Source: an uncultured Pelagibacteraceae bacterium (lineage in GTDB: Bacteria; Pseudomonadota; Alphaproteobacteria; Pelagibacterales; Pelagibacteraceae). From it: DNA of 64,000 bases. Positions 1 to 10,160 of the stretch are shown here, one piece after another; position 1 is the stretch's first letter; each line of letters begins with the position of its first letter. A model generated the notes under the pieces. The model was not told the origin of the DNA. It searched no databases and was given only the letters and a program-made list of their open reading frames with translations. The position numbers and the translations under genes were made by a program. The DNA lies in contig CABZEY010000002.1 in the NCBI GenBank assembly GCA_902524955.1, forward strand, positions 56,391 to 120,390, written 5' to 3'.

Positions 1-167
1 GTTACCACGACAAAATCTCCATTATCCATATTTGGAGTATAGGTTGATTTATTTTTTCCTCTTAAAATTTTTGTAATTTCTGCCGCGAGTCTTCCTACAA
101 CTGCATTTGTTGCATCAATGTGATACCATTTGTTTTCTACTTCACTTTTTTTAATAAAATCAGTCAT
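1..167 (-). CDS. rplM: 50S ribosomal protein L13 (5' part, runs off window)
   Basis: Manual translation from ATG at 167: [55 protein letters not shown]; L13 motifs W..IDA, GRLA, RGK..TYTP..D.GD. Confidence 0.95.
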   Translation of the reverse strand, partial: MTDFIKKSEVENKWYHIDATNAVVGRLAAEITKILRGKNKSTYTPNMDNGDFVVV

Positions 168-197
168 ATTGAGAGCTGCTAATTACTGTTTATAATG

Positions 198-1223
198 TTA
201 ACTGTCAATTAAGTTTTGTCGATTATTTATGTAAAATAACGTGTAAATAGCACTAGATATTAGCAAAATTGAACCTATTTGATGGAAACTTGCCAAGTAC
301 ATATTTAAACCACTTATTAACGTAAAAATTCCAAGCAATACCTGTATTAAAATTGCAATAAAAATTAATTTAAATGGTTTTGTAATTTTAATTTTTTTAA
401 AATAAAAAAAATAAATAAGAAGTGTGTAAAAAATTATAAAATAAGCTAATAAACGGTGTATCAATTGTACATACGAAGGATTACTTAATGACTCAAATGA
501 TAATATATTTTTTACAACTATATCATTTGCTATAAATTTTTCATTCATTAGCGGCCATGTTTGGTATAATAATCCTGCATTCAAACCAGAAGTAAATGCG
601 CCCCATATAATTTGAACTAATATAAATAATGTTAAACATAAAATTAAGATTGTTGGTTTTGTAAAATTCAATTTAAATTTACTTTTATAATTTAGTAAAG
701 CCCAAAAAATTAGAGAATATATTATAATTGCTAAAGATAAGTGAGCTGCAAGCCTATAATGAGATACATCGGTTTCTGATACGAGACCACTTTTCACCAT
801 ATACCAGCCCATAAATCCTTGCAGTAAAAATAATAAAAAAATTATTAAGTAAAAATAAATTTGGTTAGTTTTAATTCTTTTTTTTACAAAAAAATATATA
901 AGTGGGACAATATAAACTAATACTAAAAATCTTGCTAAAACTCTGTGTACATACTCCCACCAATAAATAAATTTAAACTCATCCAAAGTCATACCATAAT
1001 TGATTTTTTGATATTCAGGTATCTTTTTATAAAGTTCAAAATACTCATTCCATTTATTAGCACTGTGCGGTGGTAAGATGCCAGAAAAAAGCTCCCATTC
1101 AGTGATTGATAATCCTGAACCTGTTAGCCTTGTTAGTCCACCGACCCAAATTAGTAAAATTAATAATAAACTTGAGAAGGTTAACCATAAAAAGATATCT
1201 TTTTTTTGATATATTTGAAGCAT
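198..1223 (-). CDS. ctaA: Heme A synthase (COX15/CtaA type 2)
   Basis: GGLTRLTGSGLSITEW, EYVHR, GWYMVKSGL, HYRLAAHL motifs; multiple TM helices. Confidence 0.95.
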   Translation of the reverse strand: MLQIYQKKDIFLWLTFSSLLLILLIWVGGLTRLTGSGLSITEWELFSGILPPHSANKWNEYFELYKKIPEYQKINYGMTLDEFKFIYWWEYVHRVLARFLVLVYIVPLIYFFVKKRIKTNQIYFYLIIFLLFLLQGFMGWYMVKSGLVSETDVSHYRLAAHLSLAIIIYSLIFWALLNYKSKFKLNFTKPTILILCLTLFILVQIIWGAFTSGLNAGLLYQTWPLMNEKFIANDIVVKNILSFESLSNPSYVQLIHRLLAYFIIFYTLLIYFFYFKKIKITKPFKLIFIAILIQVLLGIFTLISGLNMYLASFHQIGSILLISSAIYTLFYINNRQNLIDS

Positions 1224-1244
1224 AGATTTAGATATATATTTTGA

Positions 1245-1541
1245 ATGAAAAAAAAAATAAGCAAATTGTCACTTGAAAAGAATCTAGAAAAAGTCAGAAA
1301 AAATATTGATAAATTAGATTTTCAAATCTTAAAAATATTATCAAAAAGACGTAAAGAAGTACTAAAAGTCATTAAATATAAACCAAAAAATAAAATAGTT
1401 GATCAAAAAAGAATAGTAAAAATGATAAAAATACGAGTAGCAAAAGGTAAAAAATTAAAACTAGAGAGTTTTATTATAAAAAACATTTGGTCAACAATGA
1501 TTAGCTCTTTTATTAAATTGGAAAGAAAGAAATATAAATAA
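1245..1541 (+). CDS. Chorismate mutase (AroQ type II)
   Basis: LEKVRKNIDKLD..ILKILSKR...K and D.KR pattern; 98 aa. Confidence 0.8.
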   Translation: MKKKISKLSLEKNLEKVRKNIDKLDFQILKILSKRRKEVLKVIKYKPKNKIVDQKRIVKMIKIRVAKGKKLKLESFIIKNIWSTMISSFIKLERKKYK

Positions 1542-1733
1542 TTATTTACTATGAGGCGGCAGTTTTTTTTCTACAAACCATTCATGTTTTCTCGTAGCTG
1601 GATTATATTTTTTTAATTTTAATTTTTCTTTTGCTTTTTCACCAGCTGTCGGTTTGTAAGCGTAATAATAATGTTTACTATTGGATTTTTCCTCTGGGAC
1701 TAATCTTACTTTTACTGAGCTTTTTTTAGCCAT
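1542..1733 (-). CDS. rpmG: 50S ribosomal protein L33
   Basis: KLKLKKYNPATRKHEWFVEKK motif. Confidence 0.9.
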   Translation of the reverse strand: MAKKSSVKVRLVPEEKSNSKHYYYAYKPTAGEKAKEKLKLKKYNPATRKHEWFVEKKLPPHSK

Positions 1734-2085
1734 CTAAATATTTTTTAAGTTCTTTTATTTTTTTTTTTAAATTAGTTAATTTTTCGACTTTTATATTATG
1801 ATCTGAAAAGCTGTCAACATCGTTATTGTTATTTGTTAAAAGCTTTTTTGAACCTTTTATCGTATAACCATCCTCTTTAAGCAATTTCTTAACTTTCTTT
1901 ATGTTTTCTATATTTTGTTTTGAATAATAACGACGTCCTTTATATATTAATGATGGTTTTATCTCATTGAAATGCTTTTCCCAAAATCTTAATACGTGAG
2001 TTTTTCTTTTTCCGGTTTCAAAATCAATTAAACCTACAATATCACAAACCTCCCCAATTGTTTTATAGGCCTCTTTTGATTTCAT
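1726..2085 (-). CDS. MerR-family HTH regulator
   Basis: AYKTIGEV, HVLRFWEK.F..IKP, RRYY, GYTIKG; usual position after ihfA in Alphaproteobacteria. Confidence 0.9.
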   Translation of the reverse strand: MKSKEAYKTIGEVCDIVGLIDFETGKRKTHVLRFWEKHFNEIKPSLIYKGRRYYSKQNIENIKKVKKLLKEDGYTIKGSKKLLTNNNNDVDSFSDHNIKVEKLTNLKKKIKELKKYLDG

Positions 2086-2372
2086 TATTTGTTAATTTTT
2101 CTTGATAAAAACTTTGAAGGTTTAAATGTTATTACTTTTCTTGAAGATATCTCTTTTGTCTCTAAGGTTTTTGGATTTCTTCCAATTCTTGATTTTTTTT
2201 GTTTAACATCAAATGAACCAAACAAGGATATTTTAACCTTATTACCTTCTTCAAAATTTTTAGTCATAGTTTCAAAAATTGAGTCTACAAATTTGATACA
2301 TTCATTTTTAGATATTCCGAGCTCTTTATGAGTTAGATCATAAAGATCTTGTCTAGTTATATTATTTGACAT
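2085..2372 (-). CDS. ihfA: Integration host factor alpha subunit
   Basis: VKISLFGSF, RIGRNPKT, RKVITFKPS; synteny with plsX/merR. Confidence 0.92.
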   Translation of the reverse strand: MSNNITRQDLYDLTHKELGISKNECIKFVDSIFETMTKNFEEGNKVKISLFGSFDVKQKKSRIGRNPKTLETKEISSRKVITFKPSKFLSRKINK

Positions 2373-3387
2373 TATTGCTGATAAAATTGTTTTTAATTTT
2401 ATTTACAAGATTACCATTTATTATCTGATAAGACAAATTCAAAGAATTATAAAATGCAAATGCATCAGCTCCCCCGTGACTTTTAATAACTGGAGCGTTT
2501 AAACCTAAAAAAATTGCACCATTATATTTTCTAGGATCTAATTTTTTTTTAATTTCTTTAAAAGCAAAATAGCTAAATAAATATCCTATTTTAGATAATA
2601 TTGAACTTGAAAAGGATTTTTTAATTTCTGTAGTTATAAAATTTGCTGTTCCCTCAGCAGTTTTTAAAGCCACATTTCCAGTAAACCCATCAGTTACTAT
2701 TACATTTACATCTCCATTTTTTATTTCATTACCTTCAATATAACCATTGTAAGTAAAATTTAGACTTTTATTTTTCTGCAATTTTAAATGAGCATTTTTA
2801 ATTGAATCATTTCCCTTGATCTCTTCAGATCCGATATTGAGTAAGCCAGTTAATACAACATTTTTATTAAAAATAGTTTTATAAAGTTCAGATCCTAAAA
2901 TTGAAAATTCTACAAGATTATCCTCGGTACATTCGATATTTGCTCCTAAATCTAATACTATACTATAGTCTTTAAAATTTGGCCAAATAGCTGCTAATGC
3001 AGGCTTGTCAACACCATTTATCATCTTCAAAATTAATTTAGAAATAACTAATAATGCACCTGTATTTCCTGATGAAACAATTATATCGTTTTTTCCAGAT
3101 TTGACAGACTCAATAGCCATCCACATACTTGTTTGCTTACCAAGCTTTATAGCGTCTCTTACTGAAACATCACCTGGAACTTTATTTGGTGAATGACTTA
3201 TATTACAGTTATTTTGACTCAAATATTTATATTTTTTTATTGATTTAAGAATTAAATCTTTATCTCCATAAATATCAACGTAAACATCAACTTTATTTTC
3301 AAATAAAAGATTTATACCTTCAAGAACTTTTTCAGGTGCGTTATCTCCACCCATTGCATCAACTGCAATACTGATTTTTTTAGTCAT
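2362..3387 (-). CDS. plsX: Phosphate acyltransferase PlsX
   Basis: IAVDAMGGDNAP, SGNTGAL, LDLGAN, TDGFTGNVALKTAEG, KSHG. Confidence 0.97.
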   Translation of the reverse strand: MTKKISIAVDAMGGDNAPEKVLEGINLLFENKVDVYVDIYGDKDLILKSIKKYKYLSQNNCNISHSPNKVPGDVSVRDAIKLGKQTSMWMAIESVKSGKNDIIVSSGNTGALLVISKLILKMINGVDKPALAAIWPNFKDYSIVLDLGANIECTEDNLVEFSILGSELYKTIFNKNVVLTGLLNIGSEEIKGNDSIKNAHLKLQKNKSLNFTYNGYIEGNEIKNGDVNVIVTDGFTGNVALKTAEGTANFITTEIKKSFSSSILSKIGYLFSYFAFKEIKKKLDPRKYNGAIFLGLNAPVIKSHGGADAFAFYNSLNLSYQIINGNLVNKIKNNFISNNVK

Positions 3388-3394
3388 TTAAGAA

Positions 3395-3574
3395 TTAATT
3401 TTTTGGCTTAAAAATCTGTTTACCGTTATACATTCCAGTTTTCATATCCAAGTGATGAGGTAGGCGAAACTCGCCACTTTTTTTATCCTCAACAACATTT
3501 TTGAATTTAGCAGCAAGATGCGATCTTCTTTTTCCTCTTCTTGAAACTGATAATTTTCGTTTTGGTACTGCCAT
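3395..3574 (-). CDS. rpmF: 50S ribosomal protein L32
   Basis: MAVPKRK.S.SRRG.RRSH; start placed at the ATG of MAVPK (3574). Confidence 0.95.
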   Translation of the reverse strand: MAVPKRKLSVSRRGKRRSHLAAKFKNVVEDKKSGEFRLPHHLDMKTGMYNGKQIFKPKN

Positions 3575-3602
3575 ATTAATAATCGGCTTAATTAACATTT
3601 AA

Positions 3603-4016
3603 TTAAACATTATCAATAGATAAATATTTAATTAAATAGTCGATAAAATCATCAATTTGTCTAATATTGGGAAAATATTTTCTCAATATACTACATTTTT
3701 CATCCTTGCAAAGCTTAGTATAATTCTCGAAATCCAACAAAATTGAATAAAATTTTGTGACTATAACTTTCATCTTCTTGTTAACTGACATGTCCCCGTA
3801 TCCAATTTCTCTTAGATCTGTCTCTATCCTATTGAAAATATAATCAAAAAATTTTTGATAGTTTTCATCATTTTTTTTAATTTTATTGAATTTTTTAGAT
3901 AAAAAAATTAGAAAAATTAATATTTTGTTATTTAAATTATCATCTATATAATTTTCAAATATTAATGGATTTCTAGATTCTGTTAAGGTTTTATTATATA
4001 ATTTAAGTATGTCCAT
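3603..4016 (-). CDS. Ubiquinol-cytochrome c chaperone (Cbp3-like), shortened
   Basis: DLREIGYGDMSVNKKMK motif; conserved position next to bamE. Confidence 0.8.
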   Translation of the reverse strand: MDILKLYNKTLTESRNPLIFENYIDDNLNNKILIFLIFLSKKFNKIKKNDENYQKFFDYIFNRIETDLREIGYGDMSVNKKMKVIVTKFYSILLDFENYTKLCKDEKCSILRKYFPNIRQIDDFIDYLIKYLSIDNV

Positions 4017-4473
4017 TTATAAAAAAATTTTAATATTCTTTTTAACATTAATAATGACTTCTTGTACATTAAATAAGGTAGATAATGTACATGGAGTTTC
4101 CAATTTAAAAAATAAAATTTCCCTTATAGAAAACAATAAAACAAATAAAAACGATATTATTAAGATACTTGGACCAATGCCAGTAATTGATAAAAAAGAA
4201 AATAGATGGGCATATTTTGAGGTAAGAGAAACCAAAACTAAATATGGAAAAAAAGATATTTATGTAAATGATTATATTGAAATATATTTTGATAAATATG
4301 GAATAGTTAAAAATTTCGAATTTTTTAATTTAAATGATATGAATAACATAAAATTTGCTAAAGAAAAAACTAGATCTTTGGGTGTCAAAGATACGTTTAC
4401 CAAAAATCTTTTGAGCTCTACGCGAAAGAGAATGGAAAATGCGCGTAAAAAATTTGAAAAAAAAAAAGACTAG
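4009..4473 (+). CDS. bamE: Outer-membrane assembly lipoprotein BamE (SmpA/OmlA family)
   Basis: Lipoprotein signal (MTS-C), TNKNDIIKILGP, W.YFE, FD..G.V. Confidence 0.8.
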   Translation: MSIYKKILIFFLTLIMTSCTLNKVDNVHGVSNLKNKISLIENNKTNKNDIIKILGPMPVIDKKENRWAYFEVRETKTKYGKKDIYVNDYIEIYFDKYGIVKNFEFFNLNDMNNIKFAKEKTRSLGVKDTFTKNLLSSTRKRMENARKKFEKKKD

Positions 4474-4477
4474 CAAG

Positions 4478-6577
4478 TTAATGAGCAATTATTGCTAATA
4501 ATAATAATGCTACTATATTTGTTATCTTAATCATCGGATTTACTGCAGGTCCGGCAGTATCTTTATAAGGGTCTCCAACAGTATCGCCTGTTACAGCGGC
4601 CTTGTGAGCTTCAGATCCTTTTCCACCAAATTTACCATCTTCAATATATTTTTTTGCATTATCCCAAGCACCACCACCAGCAGTCATTGAAATAGCAACG
4701 AATAAACCAGTTACAATAACGCCCAATAACATAGCACCTAATGCTGATAATGCTGATGATTGGTCTGCAATATTTAAGACTATAAAATAAACAGCTATTG
4801 GTGACAAAACTGGCAATAAAGATGGGATTATCATTTCTTTGATTGCAGCTTTTGTTAAAAGATCAACAGCTTTAGCATAATCTGGTTTCTGTTTTCTTTT
4901 CATTATACCAGGCATTTTTTTAAATTGTCTTCTCACTTCGTTAACAACAGCTCCACCTGCTCTTCCCACAGCTTGCATTCCCATAGATCCAAATAAATAA
5001 GGCAATAAACCACCGATTAATAAACCTACAACAACGTAAGGATTAGATAAGTCAAAACTTACTTCTATTCCGCTTAATGAAGATGTTTTTTGTGCAGAAA
5101 AATATTTAATATCTTCTGTGTAGGCAGCAAATAATACTAGCGCTCCAAGACCAGCTGATCCAATTGCATATCCTTTAGTTACTGCCTTAGTAGTATTACC
5201 AACTGCGTCTAAAGCATCAGTTGTTTTTCTAACACTAGAAGGAAGTTTTGACATTTCAGCAATTCCACCTGCATTATCAGTGACAGGTCCATAAGCATCC
5301 AATGCAACAACCATTCCTGTAAGAGCAAGCATGCTTGTTACAGCTATAGCTATTCCAAATAAACCGGCTAAAGTATAAGTTGAGATAATACCAACAACTA
5401 TTATTATTGCTGGAAGAGCGGTAGCTTCCATAGATATAGCCAATCCTTGAATAACATTTGTTCCGTGACCTGTTGTTGATGATTGGGCAACTGATTTTAC
5501 TGGTCTATAATCAGTACCAGTATAGTACTCTGTCACCCAAATAATTAATCCTGTAATTACTAAACCAATTACTGCACAATAAAATAGATCATTTCCTGTA
5601 AAAGATTGTCCAGCAACCTTGTAAACTTTTTCTAAGCCGATAACATAATCTGTAACAGGATGCATTGCAGCTAAAGATAAAATCGCAGTTGCAACAAAAC
5701 CTTTGTATAAAGCACCCATTATATTTTTACTTCTACCGAGCCTTACAAATAAAGTTCCTATAATTGATGTTAGAATACATACACCACCAATAGCTAATGG
5801 GTAAACCATCATACTTTGATTTCCTGTAAAAAAGATTGATGCCAAAACCATCGTTGCAACAACGGTAACGGCATATGTTTCAAATAAATCTGCCGCCATT
5901 CCTGCGCAGTCTCCAACGTTGTCCCCAACATTGTCTGCTATAACAGCAGGATTTCTGGGATCATCTTCCGGTATACCTGCTTCAACTTTTCCAACAAGAT
6001 CAGCTCCGACATCAGCTCCTTTAGTAAAAATACCTCCACCTAATCTAGCAAATATAGATATTAGAGATGCACCAAAACCTAAGGCAACTAAAGCATCAAT
6101 AATTTCTCTCTCAGATGAATTATTTGCGACTAAAAATTTATAATAAACTGTAATTGCTAATAATGCTAAGCCTGCAACCAACATCCCAGTAACAGCGCCA
6201 GATTTAAATGCTATATTCAACCCTTTTGCCAAACCTTTTCTACTAGCTTCTGCAGTTCTAACGTTTGCTCTAACAGATATAATCATTCCAACATAACCAG
6301 CAACACCAGATAAAGCTGCGCCAATTAAATAACCTGCGGCAACCAATGGACTAAACAAATAACCAATTAAAATCAAAACTACAAAACCAACTATTGCAAT
6401 AGTTTTATATTGTCTATTTAGATATGCCTGCGCTCCTTCTTGAATAGCACCAGCTATTTCTTGCATAGTTTTATTACCGGCTTCTGCTTTTAAAATTTGA
6501 TTACTTGCAAACCAACCATATGCAACGGCAGCTATTCCACAAATTATTACTAGATTAATTATTTCTGCTGGGTTCAT
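4478..6577 (-). CDS. hppA: Membrane H+-translocating pyrophosphatase, K+-independent signature
   Basis: [36 protein letters not shown]. Confidence 0.97.
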   Translation of the reverse strand: MNPAEIINLVIICGIAAVAYGWFASNQILKAEAGNKTMQEIAGAIQEGAQAYLNRQYKTIAIVGFVVLILIGYLFSPLVAAGYLIGAALSGVAGYVGMIISVRANVRTAEASRKGLAKGLNIAFKSGAVTGMLVAGLALLAITVYYKFLVANNSSEREIIDALVALGFGASLISIFARLGGGIFTKGADVGADLVGKVEAGIPEDDPRNPAVIADNVGDNVGDCAGMAADLFETYAVTVVATMVLASIFFTGNQSMMVYPLAIGGVCILTSIIGTLFVRLGRSKNIMGALYKGFVATAILSLAAMHPVTDYVIGLEKVYKVAGQSFTGNDLFYCAVIGLVITGLIIWVTEYYTGTDYRPVKSVAQSSTTGHGTNVIQGLAISMEATALPAIIIVVGIISTYTLAGLFGIAIAVTSMLALTGMVVALDAYGPVTDNAGGIAEMSKLPSSVRKTTDALDAVGNTTKAVTKGYAIGSAGLGALVLFAAYTEDIKYFSAQKTSSLSGIEVSFDLSNPYVVVGLLIGGLLPYLFGSMGMQAVGRAGGAVVNEVRRQFKKMPGIMKRKQKPDYAKAVDLLTKAAIKEMIIPSLLPVLSPIAVYFIVLNIADQSSALSALGAMLLGVIVTGLFVAISMTAGGGAWDNAKKYIEDGKFGGKGSEAHKAAVTGDTVGDPYKDTAGPAVNPMIKITNIVALLLLAIIAH

Positions 6578-6652
6578 TATAATTTTTCCTTTATATTCTT
6601 AGTTTAAAGAAGGCTAATGCCAAAGATTGAAGATAAAATCAACTTAAATAGA

Positions 6653-7027
6653 TTACTTTCCAGCTTTAGCTACACTGTCTAACACCCCATTTACAAGCCT
6701 TTTTTGATCACTGCCATAAAACTTATTAGTGACGTCCAAATATTGATCAATAACAACTTTAAATGGAATTTTTTTACAATATTTAAGTTCATAAATAGAG
6801 CTCTTAATAATGATTTTTAATAGTACATCTAAATTTTTTATACTAATGTTATTTGAAAGATTATCAGATAAAAGAAGTTCAAGTTCAGCATTTTTTTCAA
6901 AATAACCTTTAAAAACTTTTTTGATATGTCTCAAAAAAGGATCTTTTCCAAAATCAATTAAACCCTCTGGATTTTTTGTTTTTTCGTAAATTTTTTGAAC
7001 AAGTTTTATTCTGGTCGAAGATTTCAT
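6653..7027 (-). CDS. nusB: Transcription antitermination factor NusB
   Basis: IPFKVVIDQY, LVNGVLD; follows ribH. Confidence 0.85.
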   Translation of the reverse strand: MKSSTRIKLVQKIYEKTKNPEGLIDFGKDPFLRHIKKVFKGYFEKNAELELLLSDNLSNNISIKNLDVLLKIIIKSSIYELKYCKKIPFKVVIDQYLDVTNKFYGSDQKRLVNGVLDSVAKAGK

Positions 7028-7434
7028 TTCAAATTTTTTAGAACGGATAATAGCGCATTTGCTGCTTCGACACCTTTGTTCTTTTTAGATGAACTGCGTA
7101 TTTTTGCTTGTTGTTTATTTAAGCAATTAAGCACCCCATTCGCTATAGGTAACGAATACTTAAAAGATAAATCTAGTAATGAGTTTGATATACTTGAAGA
7201 AATGAAATCAAAATGCGGGGTTTGTCCTTTAATTATACAGCCAAGTGCCAATGCAGAATTATATTTTTTTGATTTTAATTTTATATTTATTAACTGAGGA
7301 ATTTCAAAAGATCCATTTATACTGCATATATCATACTTTATTTTATTTTTTTTTAATACTTTTGTTGAGCCATCTAATAAAGATTTTGAAATATCCTTAT
7401 AATAATTAGAATAAACAATTAAACATTTTTTCAT
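7024..7434 (-). CDS. ribH: 6,7-dimethyl-8-ribityllumazine synthase
   Basis: GSFEIP, ALGCIIKGQTPHF, NKGVEAA. Confidence 0.95.
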   Translation of the reverse strand: MKKCLIVYSNYYKDISKSLLDGSTKVLKKNKIKYDICSINGSFEIPQLINIKLKSKKYNSALALGCIIKGQTPHFDFISSSISNSLLDLSFKYSLPIANGVLNCLNKQQAKIRSSSKKNKGVEAANALLSVLKNLK

Positions 7435-8516
7435 TTAAATATTTCCTGTTTTTTAATTTTAATACCAAAACCGTCTAGACCTACTATTCTTTTTTTTGAC
7501 TTTGTAACTAAAATTAAATTATTTAATCCAATTTTTTTTATAATCTGTGCACCTACACCATAATTTCTTATTAAATTAGCTGGAGAGTCTTTTTTTGAAC
7601 TCATAAATTTCAGAACGCTATTATTTTCATTCATATCAAAATTTTTTATGATAATCAGTGCAAAATTATTAAATTTATATAAATAATTTATAGATTTTTT
7701 TACTTCATCTATAGAAAGTATATTTTTCTTTATATCTTTATTTTTAATAGAAAGAACTCTGACTCTGCAATTATTACCATTTAAATTTACACTTGATATA
7801 ACTAAGTGATTTTGTTTATCAACAGTATTTACGAAAACTTTTTTATCATAATTCTTATTTTTAAATTTAAATTTATTTTTTTTTACTAATTTAATAAAAT
7901 TCTCTTTCTTGAGCCTATACTCAATTAAATCTTCTATTTTGGCTATTTGTAAACGATGTTTTTTTGCAAACCTAAATAATTGATCTCTTTTCGCCATAGT
8001 GCCATCATCATTCATAATTTCACATATGACTGCTCCTGAAGAATTTGACGAAATTTTTGCAATATCAACGGAAGCCTCCGTATGACCAGCTCTAACTAAA
8101 ACTCCTCCTGTCTTGGCAACTAAAGGAAATATATGTCCAGGCGTTACAATATCTTTTTTGGTCGAATTTTTTTTAATTGCTGTCGTAATAGTTTTTGATC
8201 TATCGAAAGCTGAGATACCGGTTGTTACACCCTTTTTGGCCTCAATGCTTACTGTAAAAGCTGTGCTGAATCTTGTCCCATTAGAATTGGACATTAATTT
8301 TAAACCAAGCTTGTCTGACTGTTTTTTGTCTAGTGCTAAACAAATTAAACCGCGACCGAATTTTGCCATGAAGTTTATTTTTTCAGGGGTACACTTATTA
8401 GCTAAAAAAACTAAATCACCTTCATTTTCGCGACTTTCATCATCAACTAAAATAAAAGTGTCTCCTTTTTTTGCCAACTTAACAAGCTTTTCTATTTTAC
8501 AATATTTTTTTTTCAT
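7431..8516 (-). CDS. ribB: DHBP synthase RibB with degenerate C-terminal GCH-II-like domain (RibBX type)
   Basis: DDESRENEGD, TAFTVS, PGHIFPL, RAGHTEA, ICEIMNDDG; C-terminal RNYGVGAQI..GLDGFGI without the Zn cysteines. Confidence 0.93.
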   Translation of the reverse strand: MKKKYCKIEKLVKLAKKGDTFILVDDESRENEGDLVFLANKCTPEKINFMAKFGRGLICLALDKKQSDKLGLKLMSNSNGTRFSTAFTVSIEAKKGVTTGISAFDRSKTITTAIKKNSTKKDIVTPGHIFPLVAKTGGVLVRAGHTEASVDIAKISSNSSGAVICEIMNDDGTMAKRDQLFRFAKKHRLQIAKIEDLIEYRLKKENFIKLVKKNKFKFKNKNYDKKVFVNTVDKQNHLVISSVNLNGNNCRVRVLSIKNKDIKKNILSIDEVKKSINYLYKFNNFALIIIKNFDMNENNSVLKFMSSKKDSPANLIRNYGVGAQIIKKIGLNNLILVTKSKKRIVGLDGFGIKIKKQEIFK

Positions 8517-9103
8517 TTCTTTAAAAATTTCATCAACAAATCATACTCCAAATTAACAATCATATTTTTTTTTAATAATTTAAAATTTGTTTTATCGAAA
8601 GTATGAGGAATAATATCAATTCTAATTCTATTTTTTTTAATTTCATTAATAGTTAATGATACCCCATTAATCGCAATTGAACCTTTGTTTATTAAATATT
8701 TTTTAAATTTTGCTTTTATAGAAACCCAAAAGATCCAAGAATTTTTATTTTTTTTAACAAACAAAACTTTACCTGTGTCATCAACGTGACCTTGTAAAAA
8801 GTGACCAGCAATTTCATCACCAAACTTTAAAGATTTTTCTAAATTTAAAATTGAACCTACTTTTTTTTTTTTAAATGACGATATTTTTAAAGTTTCGGGT
8901 GATATATTAAAGAATATATAATTTTTTTTATTTGATATTTTTTTAAATTTTACTAAGGTTAGACACACACCATCAATTGAAATTGATGTACCAATATCTT
9001 TTTTATTTAATTTGAGATTACTCTCCAGTATGTAAGTATAATTATCTTTTTTACTGCTAACTTTATTTAATTTGGCGGTACTTTGTATTATCCCTGTAAA
9101 CAT
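8513..9103 (-). CDS. ribE: Riboflavin synthase
   Basis: MFTGII, DGVCLT, GH..QGHVD, KGSIAINGVSLT. Confidence 0.95.
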   Translation of the reverse strand: MFTGIIQSTAKLNKVSSKKDNYTYILESNLKLNKKDIGTSISIDGVCLTLVKFKKISNKKNYIFFNISPETLKISSFKKKKVGSILNLEKSLKFGDEIAGHFLQGHVDDTGKVLFVKKNKNSWIFWVSIKAKFKKYLINKGSIAINGVSLTINEIKKNRIRIDIIPHTFDKTNFKLLKKNMIVNLEYDLLMKFLKK

Positions 9104-10160
9104 ATTTAGGTTTGTATTTTAAAATAGTATCATCTTCTAGTGAAATTATTTCATCAGGCATTATTTTTAAGGAATTTATAAACTTACTTGCTTTCAATAA
9201 GCCATGTTTTTTAAAAAAATGTTTATTTTTGACTATATAAAGCTCATTAACTAGTTGAGCATTTAAAAAACTTTTTAAAGTATATATACCGCCTTCGATT
9301 AATATCTTTTTATACCCTAGTTGGTATACATTCCTTAAAATAGTTAAACAAATATCTTTTTTACTGAAATTAATATTAATCAATTTGAAAAATTTATTAA
9401 ATTTTTTGATTTTGCTTATATCTTTGCAATCATGAAAAATATAAGCATTTTTGAGATAAAAATTTTTAAGTATTTTAGGATTAATTTTTAAATGACGATT
9501 AATAATAAATATTTTAATTTTTTTCTCTATTCCATTAATTCTTGAATTCAATTTTGGATTATCATCATTTAAAGTTTTCTGGCCAATTAAAATAGAATCA
9601 GATTTGTATCTTTGTAAATGTGCAAATTTAAGAGCATTAACACTAGTAAAAATTTTTTTTTTCTTATGTTTTGTAAAACCATCTTTACTCATTGCAATTT
9701 TAGTAACTACATAAGGTATTTTTACCCTAGATGAAATATTATGCACAAAAGATGAGTTTGGCTCATTTTTTTTATAAATAATTTTAATTTTATTTTTGTT
9801 TAAAATTTTTTGTGTTTTTCCTTTAACACGTTCATCAAAATCTCTGCTGTTAGTATAAATTTTTTTTATTTTTTTTTTAATGATAATATCTACACAAGAT
9901 GGATTTTTAGCTTTGTGGCAACATGGCTCCAAAGACGTATAAAGTAAACTTTTATTCAACTTACCTTTATTTTTTAACAATTGGTACTCTGCATGGGGAG
10001 AGCCTTTTTTTCCTGTACATGACGTTTTAACATCATATTTATTCACTAAAACAGCACCTACACAAGGATTTGGGAAAGTTTCGAATTGATTAATTTCAGA
10101 GAGTTTATTTGAAAGATTTAAAAAGTAATTGTTAAGATTTTTATTTTTTAACTTGGGCAT
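9063..10160 (-). CDS. ribD: Riboflavin biosynthesis deaminase/reductase RibD
   Basis: PNPCVGA, HAE, LEPCCH..PSC, DDNPKL, ILIEGG. Confidence 0.9.
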   Translation of the reverse strand: MPKLKNKNLNNYFLNLSNKLSEINQFETFPNPCVGAVLVNKYDVKTSCTGKKGSPHAEYQLLKNKGKLNKSLLYTSLEPCCHKAKNPSCVDIIIKKKIKKIYTNSRDFDERVKGKTQKILNKNKIKIIYKKNEPNSSFVHNISSRVKIPYVVTKIAMSKDGFTKHKKKKIFTSVNALKFAHLQRYKSDSILIGQKTLNDDNPKLNSRINGIEKKIKIFIINRHLKINPKILKNFYLKNAYIFHDCKDISKIKKFNKFFKLININFSKKDICLTILRNVYQLGYKKILIEGGIYTLKSFLNAQLVNELYIVKNKHFFKKHGLLKASKFINSLKIMPDEIISLEDDTILKYKPKYVYRDNTKYRQIK

